Of a DNA stretch of 43,871 nucleotides, positions 12,001-23,723 are shown piece by piece. Location of the stretch: positions 62,001 through 105,871 of the forward strand of contig KZ538187.1 of assembly GCA_000934665.2 (NCBI GenBank). Direction: 5' to 3'. The notes under the pieces were generated by a model, which worked only from the letters and a program-made list of their open reading frames with translations, made no database searches and was not told the origin of the DNA. Position 1 is the stretch's first letter, and each line of letters starts with the position of its first letter. This stretch comes from Catajapyx aquilonaris. Lineage: Eukaryota. A program made the translations under genes and the position numbers.

Positions 12001-15000
12001 GTGGAAAAACGTTTCTTGGGTAAGTTGACATTTGTTGCGAATTCAGAATTTTTCACACTCCATAACACTTTTGGCTTCCCACCATTAATTTGCTCTCCTG
12101 AGATACATACGGGGCCTTAGGCATGACTGTGTCCGGATAATACTACTTCTCTCTACCCAGCAGTTCCGTATACAAAGCAGACTTTTACGACCAGGTTAGT
12201 GCAACATTACATTTACATCATTGCACTCTTTTTTCGAATATATATTTTTTATTGCGAGCTTTTTTAATTGTGTACACGACTCAGTCTGAACGGAATCGGA
12301 CACACGAGTATATATCAAATTGGCAGCAAATAATGAGACCAAAAAACGAATACACGACCTGTTTAGCACAACTTTTTTGGTGCTTATCCGGACACTATTT
12401 TCGACTACTGTGATATTTAGGGTCCCTGGTGAGAGGGGGATGGTTCCCCCGGCAGTTCCGGGGGTACATGTTTGGCGCCGGGAGCCAGCAGAAGCGCCAT
12501 ATTGGGTCCCTGGCTCGACTGGGGTGGCTGCCGGCCCTACGATCATCCCGGAATTTTCCGGACGACGGCAAGAGGAACATCCAGTCTTTGGCACGCCAGG
12601 GACACACCCGAGGATCTAAGAGGTGTGTAGTTTAGTCTCATTTGAATCTAACATGCAGGATAGTACCTATGTCCATTGGCAGCAAAACGAAAATAAAGTA
12701 ATTTATAACGCAGCTAAATTCTGCTGCGGAAATATTGCCTTAGGACTATGCGAAAATTTTGGACCTATATTATTTTTGTTTCAAAATTTATTAGAATTGT
12801 TGGGCAGTAATATTTATGCTACCTGTATGTGCGCCGGCAGAAAGAATCCTCAATAACAACATGTTGCAGTAACTGCGTGAAAGTTCGTGCGACAACACGG
12901 CGTTTCGCAAAGAAAGTCAGCGAAAACTACTACTGAAGTTTTGCGCTAAAAATGACGCACTTGAGCACATCTGGACGTCATAAACCCAACAGTTATAGGG
13001 CCAAAGTTAAGACTAACACCAATCCCTGCAGCTATTGCTCCAATCTATAAAAACCGGCGACGCCCGTTTAATTAGTGCGGTGCAGCAAAATAGCGTCCGA
13101 TTCTATAAACTATTTCGCAACACATTCTTCTTTTCTCATCACCCAAAACGATCAGCAACTTTGGGGCCCGTAAATTCGTTTCCAAAAGACCAACATTGGA
13201 CGTTTAAATCGTTCGGATTCTTCTTCACAATAAAACCACTTTGCCCAACATATAAATTAAGGACCGAACAACTATTACCGGCGACATGCATGAATAATCT
13301 GCCCGCCGAGCCGTTTATATTTGGTTTAAACTACAGACATTATTACGCCCACAATCATAACAGTGCATACTTCATAAGGATCAAAAGACTTGCACCGACA
13401 GTACAGTACAAACACTTTAAAACGCTGTTATTAGACTCCACGTGAACTGTATGTCGATAATATCGCTGTTTCATGACATGAAGCAAGTCTAATTGGATTT
13501 CTGTAGTCGGCCACAATATCCTTCTTATCCGTAACCAAGCATTTCCTATCTAAACCCTTCCAATTTCGGGTAAAGTGGTTGCCGTAAATTGGGATGATTG
13601 TACTTCCCACAAAAACCAGTGTCCTCTGTGGTAATGCAATATCGCTGCAATTATGCAATAGTTTCGCTCAACAAGATAGTTCCGTTGTAAGTGGCAGTGT
13701 TTTACTTGGCTTGTGACGCTCGCATTGATTGAGTGGCCTATGTAACCCTGAAATTCTTTTAAACCTATCGCACTTTACATAAATATTTCATAAATTCATT
13801 ACGAAGTGGATTCAATAGTGAATAATTGGGATTGTAAGAAGCATTTGTATGACAATCACACCTCTGTACTTTAATACTGTAGGTATCAACGGTGTCGTTG
13901 CTTTTATTAGGCCTAAATTAACATATTTGGCAGAAATGTCAGTTCAATGTCGACTTTTTCAGACGTTTTCCAATTAGCATATTATGCAAATTAAAAATCG
14001 CATTTCGGATATAACGGCGTGTTTTATAATTGAGTATAATGGTTTTCATTAGTCCGTACAGATTATGGCATCTTAACGTCTCCCATTTCTCTAGGCAAGC
14101 AATCAGATTGATTTCATAGACTTGAAAAGGACAGATGGCGACATTCCGATTGGTCGCCCAGATAATTGCGAGGCAAGGACAAGAAAAATAGTGGCAGGCT
14201 CTCAGGTTACAGCAACGGAATCCAGGCCAACGAAGGAAAATTGTTCCCGGATTTCTCCAGACGTCGTTGCTGGAAAAATCTTAGGGTTGGGAGAAATGAT
14301 AGAAAATTACGCTCTTATTTTTTTACAGGCCCGTAAAGCCGCGGTTGGAGGATCACTTTGGGATACCGGAATTTTCCTTCGTTATTGAATATACGGGCGC
14401 ATCTTTCGCCAAATCTGGCTTTCAATTTGGGCGAACTTGCGCTGTTTTAAAACCAACAAAAAGTAACAGTAGTGCGTTTCTACGGTCATAAAGTGTGTAA
14501 TTGCGGCCTATCTCATGCTTCTCAAGTTTTGGACTAACTGAAAGAAATATCGGTCAAACGTCAAAAAAGTGCAGCTTACAGATTCACTCCGGATTCTTTT
14601 TTTCCTAGAGAATCCCCCAAAATTGGACTGGAGAGGTCGGGTCCTTCTGCATGCCCGACTTTTATTGGCCACCTTATTGAAACAAGCATCTCACGAGGAC
14701 TGAATAGAAATGACGCTCTTCTATGTTTCCGAAGGGTCGTCTCCATTTCAATCCCTCATACACTCACGCCATCCTTTCAAAACTGTTTCGAAATGACATC
14801 CACTTCAATTGGTCTCGGACATAAATTACTTTCAAGCTTGTGCGATTTGGACTGAAAAATGTGACGTTTGAAACTGAGATATTTATTAAATATTTTAGCT
14901 GGCTCTCTCTGCATGCATCGTTAACTACATGTCATTAGAACCGACACAGCCCCGGATATTCTCGGTATGAAATACTGCGTTCCGGTTAATAAATAACTGG

Positions 15001-16614
15001 TCCTAATAGCAGCAATAACGCGCAATTGAAACGGGTTGAATAATAGTTGGATGTAGGTGTAAATTATTTTGGCAACACATCAGCCCGCAATGCATGAAGT
15101 GGTTTCTCTTTGGATTAATTCCCCCACTCTCTATAACCCTACTTAGAATTCTTATACCCGGAATAATCCAACCATTTAGGTGCGAATGGTCCACACGTAC
15201 GTTCGATGAAGGGTGCACTCTCCTTAAACCGCTTTTCAAGCCGACTGCACATTGCGACGTGGCATTTCTTTAATAGCTGTCGAGCGTGAACCTCGTGAAA
15301 GTGTCACGACCTCTGTTCAGTTAGGCGTATGTGACTGATCGCAATACCACTTCGACCTTTTTTTCCTCACAATTTCGTACGGTCCATTTATTACAAATAT
15401 TATGCAATGCACACACCTGATTATACGGACTGATGCACTTTTCATGTTAACCCTTGAGTCTTGGGCAGTGCACCAACCTTAGATAAATCTTGGGCTTCAT
15501 TGATCTGTGATATGGCTCCAGGGATGCGAACCTCTAGATATGAGCTCTTGAACGGACTTGTTCACTTGAACGAACCCGCCTGGAGTTGACGCAAAGATGT
15601 GGGGAGAGAATGAAGTTATAACAGGGTGGAAGTTCAGCCAACTGAAAAACTTCTATTGTTTTTTTCCAGAGATGAACGAGTGCAATTGGAATGAGGAAAA
15701 ATCCAATATAATCTGTGGTACCAAAATCGGCGAAGAAAATGAGCTTATGAGATAGGACTATGGCGGTAATCTCCTCTCGCTTATTGCGGTCTCACTTCAA
15801 CCGAGACCGGGAATTAATTGCCTGCAGAAGTGTTTATGAGTTTCTAATTTTCTTCGTGGCTAAAACCTCTCCAGAGGTTTTAGAACTTATGTAACACCAG
15901 CAATTTTGTAATGGGTTTATTTTTTTGTCTCAAAGCAGCAAGTGCTAAGCACTCTGGTGATTGTGTTTTGAAACCGGGCATTCAATGTGGCTTAGAAGCA
16001 AAACTTTTATTGTTGGGTACTTTTAGTAGAAGTACACAGATTATCCATTAATCCTTTTTCAGTTACATGCTTTCAAATTTTTCTACAAAAAATGGGCCAA
16101 TAGTAACCGCTAGATTTTCACTTTTAAGACAGCTAAAAATTTCTGGCCAATGTTCAATCAGTGTCGAGTTGTTGTGGCTGGTATCCACCAATCAGCAAGA
16201 GCAACAGCAACGACCGGCCCGTGTGAACTCATCTAAATTTCGGTGGTTTTTCTTCCCTATTTCAGAACCGGCGACTTGGGCGAGTCGGGAGGGCAACTGG
16301 AGGTAGTAGGTGAAGAACCTTACAATGAGGAGGACGACTACGATGAGGAGTCCGACGAGGACGAGTCCTCCTGGGAAGAGGAACCCTTTGGCTGGGAGGG
16401 GGACCAACAGGTGATCGACGAGGGGCCGCAGCAACACTACTTCTTGAGCAACAAGAGTCCATCCACATTGGTAGCCAACAAGCGGTACCTGCTGCTGCCC
16501 GCCATCGACAACCTTCTTCTCAGGAGACTCTACCCACGTCGCTTCGGTAAAAGGCTGCAGATCCTCTCCCGTCTCGCCCACCAGATTGACGACCAAAACG
16601 ACTTCGGCGCGTGA
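3003..16614 (+). CDS. Nplp1: Neuropeptide-like precursor 1 (NPLP1) prepropeptide, 7 coding exons, about 539 aa
   Basis: Exons are 3003-3068 (MDAGTRVLVLCVTCLMSCLLFQ, signal peptide, donor GTGAGT), 10473-10906, 10972-11275, 11697-11777, 11836-12019, 12421-12622 and 16266-16614. All intron phases are compatible and the total is 1620 nt. KR-flanked paracopies include NIASLARGGY-GKR, YLGALARGGGL-GKR and HIGSLARLGWLP, and the C-terminal KR-YLLLPAIDNLLLR motif is characteristic of insect NPLP1. The exon 3 donor is uncertain (GC donor at 11276). Confidence 0.92.
7023..7071. repeat. Perfect 17-bp inverted repeat (hairpin) in Nplp1 intron 1
   Basis: CTCTGATTGGCTGGAGC (7023-7039), a 15-nt loop, then GCTCCAGCCAATCAGAG (7055-7071). 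Confidence 0.85.
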
Positions 16615-18176
16615 TCAGATCGCAGATGCCTTTCCTTTATTCCCTTCTCGTAGATCATACTCTAGGCCTAGATAGCGGCAGGGCTGCGGCCAGGGCTTTT
16701 CTACTGATTCAAACTCATCCCAACTTTTTGTCAAAAAAAAAGTGCGATCCTTATCAGGCGGGGTGGAGAAGCCCGCATTGGTCCCAGGTCACAAGTGTGA
16801 ACCCCAGAAAGGTCATTCAATAGTATGTTACACGCTCATTGTCACACTTGGAATCTGCTAAATTTAATAGCTGCTTACGATGTAGATTGCTTTTTTTGTT
16901 TGTGCTAAACGACGGTTATTTTTGCCTTTTTTCCCCATGAAAAGTATTATCCCTGGCTAAACGTTATACCTCTAATCAGATGTAGGGAAACATTTACCTC
17001 TCATGTTTGGTCATCCGCCAAGCTGAATTTCAAACTGCCTACAGTAGGCCTACCAATGAAGATTACATTAAGTTGCGGAGCGTCGCTCGAAGCATGCAGA
17101 GTAGTCCGTGCTAATCAATCATAAAGAAATTGCAGGTATGATTCACAAGCTATGGAACGGTCTGAAAATGAAGCGAGTGCTTATGTATACAACTAACCAC
17201 GTTTAGTGTTGACGTCCACTATTTACGGTAAGTTTTAACCATATGGAAGTTATAACTGTAGTTAGCTTGTGTAAACAGAACAAGTTATTTTCTCTCCATG
17301 GATGTACACAGTACTTGCATCGGCCACATATACCCGGTCATAAAAATACTCGTATAGTTAACATCTGGGCATTTCCCAGATAATGTGTCGAGTTACGTGC
17401 GTGCCGTGTGTGATATATTTTTGGTGTTGACATTGTACATGTACAAAGCAAGTATGGAAGACTGCGCAATGAATCCATAGCTACATCCTGCCTGTGAATC
17501 ATATCTGAATTTTTTGTGCTCCGTAATTCACGCGCTAACCTGCATGAAACTCATGATAAAATCCGAAATGTTGTTGCAGTATGTAAATCACTGAAAATTT
17601 TCCCCCAATCAACATGTGCTCATGACAAAAAAATAATGTCACGCGTCGCACTGCTGGGCAGACAATAATGTGAAATTAACAATTGATTTGTAATTACACG
17701 AGCGACGCTTGTGATTCCTCAACCTTGTAAGCTGGAAGTGCTGTGCATTATATAAATTATATGCATCATTGGTCATATGCAAATATTGTATTTTTTGGCA
17801 AATAATAAGCTGTTTTTTATTACGAGAAAAGAGAGAGAGAGCGAGCGACGCTCATGCTGCAGCCCTGTTGTTAATTATTCGATTGTAATGCTTAACTTAT
17901 TTTTTAGTTTGCATTGCTGATTCACAAGTCCATTTTTCCTCATCATATTAGATATAATTATTAAAGCCTCTTATCTACACCTATCAAGAGAAAAAAAAGA
18001 GATGCACGTATGGCAAGTGCAATGCTCGCAATTGCTCATTCGTGTTATGTGTCTTCCCTTCTCGTGCTGTGTAACATGTACGTACGGTAGCCTATTTTGT
18101 CCCGGATTCCAAAACGCCATTCTCAATGTGGAATGGATAGTTGGCTACTGTGAAACAAATGACCACTGTATCAGAC

Positions 18177-18182
18177 AATAAA
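18177..18182 (+). terminator. Candidate polyadenylation signal of Nplp1 (about 1.6 kb 3' UTR)
   Basis: AATAAA followed by U-rich sequence, downstream of the stop codon at 16614. Confidence 0.4.
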
Positions 18183-19048
18183 ATGTACACCTTCTCTAAA
18201 CGCGCTCATTTCCTTTAATTTTTTGCGTTCACTTATTATTCACTCGCTGTGTTACTTGCGTCATTCAATTCGAGCCAGGGAATGGGGAAATTATGCTCCA
18301 GCTTGGCCTCAATATTTACATACAGAATTAGCGTTAAATAAACATTTTCGTGTACTTCCATGTTGAATGGGCCATTCATCCAGGCTTGTACAACGATTTG
18401 CTATTTAAACGCACAAGCGTTTATGAAAATTTCGGTCTAATTGGTTTTCATTGGCTGTGCTCACATTGTTGTCAATTTACCGGCAGATAAGTGCTGTTCT
18501 GATTTGTAACACTGGTACGTAAACAACCCTTTAAAATATTGCAACTCTCATAGTGCGGTCAACTTAACCTGCACTATCTAATCTGGCTACTTTGTAGCTA
18601 AATATCAAATAGGAGCTTTTCAATACAAGTCATGAAAGGGCCTTATTACGTAACAATTCCGTAGGAAATGTTGTACATGTACACTGTACAGTATGGAAAG
18701 ACTACAATGCGGATATTACATAACATGTTACGATTACTTTGTTGACTTGGATAAATAACTATCTGAACCTGCTACTATTATTTGTACTGAGACGCTGAAA
18801 GACTTGCAAAAATATTAAACCTACCTTATGTTGACACAGACACACCATTCAATTATTTTTATTCAGTTGATTTAAATGTGAATTTAAAAGCAAGCAGGAA
18901 GATTCATATTTCTTGAAAAGCAACTATTTTTATGAAGTTTCGTCGTTACATTTATGATGGAAAAGTCTCAGGCTGCATGTAAACCCGTCCTGACAGGGAT
19001 ACAGTAATGGAAGAGTTACACTGCTGCAGTTTGGACTATCTCCGGATA

Positions 19049-20230
19049 ATGGCTTCAAGAATGTGCAAGCCCTGAGGCTTTACTCTAATTTATATGCAAG
19101 TTACGTGAGTAATTAGGCTCTATGTAGGGCTAATTAGTTGCTCTCATAACATTTCAGTTCAACGTGTGTGCCTAAGGTAAGGTCATTAAAGTAACGACAA
19201 AACTATTTCAAAATTTGATACCATTTTAATAACATACAACTAAAAATAGCATGAATTTCACAGGCCTTTAATTTATTGCTTTTTACAGTGTGGATATTCT
19301 TAAGCGGTACTGTTGCGCATCTTGACGTCAGTACTATCATACAATTGCATAATATATTTATATGCAGCTGATTTTAAATGTCTACATCCTCATACAGTAA
19401 CCACCAGAAGTTGTACGTCTGCGAATCAATAAAGGAAGAGGCGGAATAACAGGACAAGTAGAAACCACAGTATTCTCCTGACGAGAAAAAAATTCATTCT
19501 CGAAAAGCTCAAGGGCAAGTAGCAAAATAAATTGTTCCAACGAATTTTATGAGCCAATCTTTGCATGGCTTTTTCTGCAGTTTCGCTGCACAGAAATGAA
19601 ACCGTTCGAGTGTCTTCATAAAAATATCGCCATTGTTCTCAAGATTTTGGCGACATCAAAAAGCACGCCTGTGGCAACGGTCTGTACTACAATAAGGTCC
19701 GGAGGCAACTGCATCCCACGCTATGAAATCATAGATCGTGCTCATTTCTCTCGGGTCAACGGCTTGGACCTTTGCGCCTCTGCTGAATTGTTTCCTAATT
19801 ATAACTCGTGCCAGAAAGGCTTGTTTCCCGCAGGCTTAAATGCTGTTACGACCATGTGTCCTATACATGCCCGGAAGGGGCGTTCAATTCGACTGTCCTT
19901 TGCCAACCTCACATGTGCACTGGCAATGACTGCAAATCAACAGGCTGTTTCGAGTTCACCTAAATTTCGATGCGTTCACAGTGGGAAATTCCCAGACCCG
20001 GAAAAGTGCAGCCGATGCGAGTGGCCTCTTTTTTTTGCATAATACGTATGTTCTCATGAAATGTGGTGTACAGTTGTGCAGCAGATCAATGCGATTGTGT
20101 GAATGCTGGCAGTAGTGGCGTTGAGTTAGTTGACAGATTATTGCATATGCAAATGACTGGAGAATCATGCCACTTTCCTTGAATCACAGGGCTTCTCAAT
20201 AAATCCTATATCACAAGTAAGTGATGATAT
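19049..20230 (+). pseudogene. Decayed CBM14/peritrophin-type chitin-binding gene
   Basis: Remnant exons are 19049-19104 (MASRMCKP*GFTLIYMQVT, donor GTGAGT), 19158-19176 (donor GTAAGG), 19581-20016 and about 20137-20230. CBM14-like pieces lie in different frames: KYRHCSQDFGDIKKHACGNGLYYNKVRR, YTCPEGAFNSTVLC, FRCVHSGKFPDPEKCSR and YYCICK*...SQGFSINPISQVSD. There are in-frame stops and frameshifts. Confidence 0.7.
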
Positions 20231-21262
20231 ATTGTCCACTCTGTTATCAACAATGTCCTTCTGCTGCGGTACACTTTTACGAAGCAGTGTGACATCCAAA
20301 CATTCTGCTCGATCCTTGCCATGATTCTTTCCGACACTTAAGGCACGCACTGACATTCAGTCTGTAAGTCACAGCTTCGGTCGGACTATGTTGTTGACAG
20401 CTGATGACTAAGCCCAGTTTTTCATAAAATTGGGCATAAAATAACATGTTTTTTGTCAAGGGTGGCTCCATACAACTTACCCTATATTAATCGCTGATTT
20501 TTAATTGGCAAGTTCGCATTAACATTACTAAGGAGATTTAAAAAAAAGTTACTAACATCAAATTTATTTTACTGTCATGCATATGGTGTCAGGCAGAATG
20601 TGACTGGCATCTGGTGTCTTCATTACACGATTTTACGATTGGCGAATTTAATGAGGTAAATGAACTGGGATTTGCCGTGCAGTCTTGAATTTGAATATCA
20701 AATTTCATATGGCTCATTTTCATTCCCGAAGTCTTCCGGCAAGGAGATGATGTTGAATACCGGCGCCACATGTGCACAACTGCTACTTACTTGTGAGTCA
20801 AGTTTCCCAAGATTTTCGCATTGAGTTATATAACATTCTGTTCCTATTCACAGTCTACTTTACATAGACTAACCTGTAATAAATAATGAAAATAAAGCTT
20901 GCCAAAATTAAAACCAAAACTATACATGGCATCATATAATATACTGTATATTCAACGTGTCTCTTATTGCGTTTGTCTTCAATATATTCATATATTTTTT
21001 TAAATATATAGATCGAAATCTGCAGAAGGAAAACTTTTGTGTCAGTACATAATAAGTTTTGACGTATCTAACCCAGAAATTATATGGACTAATTTTGCAA
21101 CATGTTAACTTTTCCGGGATTCTGCAACCTGTTAACCTCTTTTATGAAACTCTATTCAACTTTACATCTGGGCTACAATGTATAGGAATCCTCACGAGTA
21201 CTTAAACCTATTCCCTCCACAGTTCTGATACAGAATTTCACTTTGGCCGATTACATCTAAAG

Positions 21263-23199
21263 ATGGGATCGTGCATGATTGTCGTCACCTTTCTGGTAAG
21301 AACTTAGTGTAACTCTCAGAGGTCAGGTTTTGCGTCATTTTGTACGTAATTTTGAAATGAATGTAACATTCCAACAGCTGTATTTGTACAACCCTTCGGA
21401 GGGCACAGAAGAGCAATACATGTAAGTGAAAGTCCTATATGCATAATGTATTCACCTGAAATACTGGACTGACGTCAAAAGCCTTTTGATTGTTAGTTGC
21501 ATTCTTTGCATTGTTGTGAGTCCAGTTTGGCCATTGTTCTGGGGACACTATACTATTATAAGTATTGTCTTACTCCTTATTTTTTATTAAAGGGTTGCAA
21601 CAAACGAAAGTAATCGAAAGCCTTGCCAGCCTAATGAGTTACTCCCAGTTCCGACTGATTGTCGCAGCTATTATTTGTGCATGAACAGTGTCGAAGGACC
21701 GGACGTTCTTCAAGTTAAATGTCCAGATGGAGCCATGTTTAATTCAACGCTAAGACACTGCCTTCCCGAAAATGACACGGTATGAATTTATGATTGTACA
21801 CTTGAAGATCTATGCAAAACACTTTTCATAATTTTTTAAAAAACTGCAGATTATTCAGCAGTATTTCATATCTTCACTTAAATCATACATTGTGATATCG
21901 ATATTCTTATCACTGTTTTCTCTACTATAGGTCCCATGTCAAGCACGGGACATGTCTGCCCCGCTCCAGATATTACCCAGGTCGTCCCCAGATGAGTGCA
22001 GCACACCTGGAGCCTTGAGCTGCACCGACTGCACCAGCAGCCAGATATGCCAACCGAACGGATACGCCAGGAAAGTACTTCAACTCATCAACTGTCCGGA
22101 AGGAACGTACTGCCAGAAACGCACCGGAACCTGCGAAATTCGAGTACCAGATTGCGACTACTTGACCTTTCAATGCGGACAATCAGGAACGTTTCCGGAC
22201 CCCAAAAATTGCATCAAGTATCACGTGTGCGACAAGGACTTTAAGGACACGTCTCAGGTGTGTCCTGATGGCAAAGCGTACAACCCTGCTTCATTTCGGT
22301 GCGAAAGTGACATCAACACCACTGCTTGTCTTGGTGACACAGCACCTTGTACGGACACTGTATCGCCCATGCTTTCTGTTAATGGCAATTGTATGTTGTA
22401 TTACAAGTGTGAGGGGTCTAGACGGAATCAGTCGTTAACAGTACCGACTTATTACAACTGTCCGGCTGGAAAAGCGTTTGTTAAGGATGGTTGTAAGAGT
22501 CTGTCGGATGTGTCGGATCAGGCGTGTTTGAAGCAATTGGCAGACTCAGGTCAGGTTTGTTTTCAGTCTGGGATCAACACGAGGCCCGGCAATAAGTGTC
22601 CGATTAAATATTACTTTTGCGAAAAAGATGGGGACGGGTTTAAAGTTTCGCTCGAGCACACATGTCCGGACAATCAGGTATTCGACATTAGGCAGACAGA
22701 ATGCACAGCTAACATATACGAAACAGGTAATTGTAGTCAATTGTGCGTCGGTGATTATCCAATGAACGTGGATGTAGATGACGATTGCGCCAGTTACTTT
22801 CACTGTCAAAAGAACCAAAGCCCAAAAATGAAAATTGCAAAATGTCCTCTAGGTACATATTTCAACAGCGATACGTTAAGCTGTGACTCTCCTAAAAATG
22901 TCCCATATTGCAGTGGGAAAGAGTCAGGCACGTTGCTGAAATCAATACCGGTAATTAAGTCCAGAAGCCCTAAGGATCATCCAACCGAAAGTCCTTATAC
23001 GAGTAGTAATTCAACATCGCCAAAACCCCCAAAACCATTCTTGTGCAATAAATCAGGTGTTTTTCCTCATCCTGACAATTGCAGGTCCTTCATCATGTGC
23101 CGTGGTAAGATGGGCAGGTATAGAGAAATTAAGCGCAAATGTGCTCCGGGATTCAAGTTTAATGCGTCTTCAAAAGTTTGCATCCGTGGGTCCTGCTAA
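21263..23199 (+). CDS. Secreted multi-domain chitin-binding (CBM14/peritrophin-A) protein, gene A, about 510 aa, 7 Cys-rich domains
   Basis: Exons are 21263-21295 (MGSCMIVVTFL), 21378-21421 (LYLYNPSEGTEEQY), 21593-21779 and 21931-23199, with GT-AG introns of phase 0/2/0 and a total of 1533 nt. Repeated six-Cys motifs include FQCGQSGTFPDPKNCIKYHVC...CPDGKAYN...C. AATAAA lies at 23323-23328. Confidence 0.88.
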
Positions 23200-23723
23200 G
23201 TGTACACGTGCATATTAGCATACGCTCTGTACAAAATAGTTAAAGAAAGTAAAACTGGATAATCTGTATCTTGCTTTTCCTTATGTTTCAGCCCTATATG
23301 TCACAACCAGATTATATTGTTTAATAAATTAATTTTTTCATGTCACTGAAGTGTTTTACTAAGTACAGTAGGATGAATACAGAGAACCCTTTTAGTGACA
23401 ATGAGTTCATCTAGTGGTGAAAATGGATAGTTTTGAAGCAGTATGGACGTTTTTATATTACCACTCTTACCATTAGTTGATATGAAGTTTCTGCAATGAG
23501 AGATAATATTATCACATCGCCTAATTTTTAGTTGCACAGTTTAAACCAATTATTCTTGTCATGTAACGCCAGTGTCCTTCGCTGATGGTCGCAGCAAACA
23601 GCGTTCCAAACAGAAAGTAAAACATAAAAACTTTCATTGCGAATCTTTATTAAATCACCAATCAAAAAAGACATATAGTTGCAAACATATCAATGACTGT
23701 TTACGAGCATATTAATTCTGCAA

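Noticed and set aside
21497..21515. Hydrophobic 19-nt candidate exon with a GTGAGT donor in gene A
   Set aside because: It would shift the frame between exons 2 and 3, and a complete signal peptide is already given by 21263-21295 plus 21378-21421.
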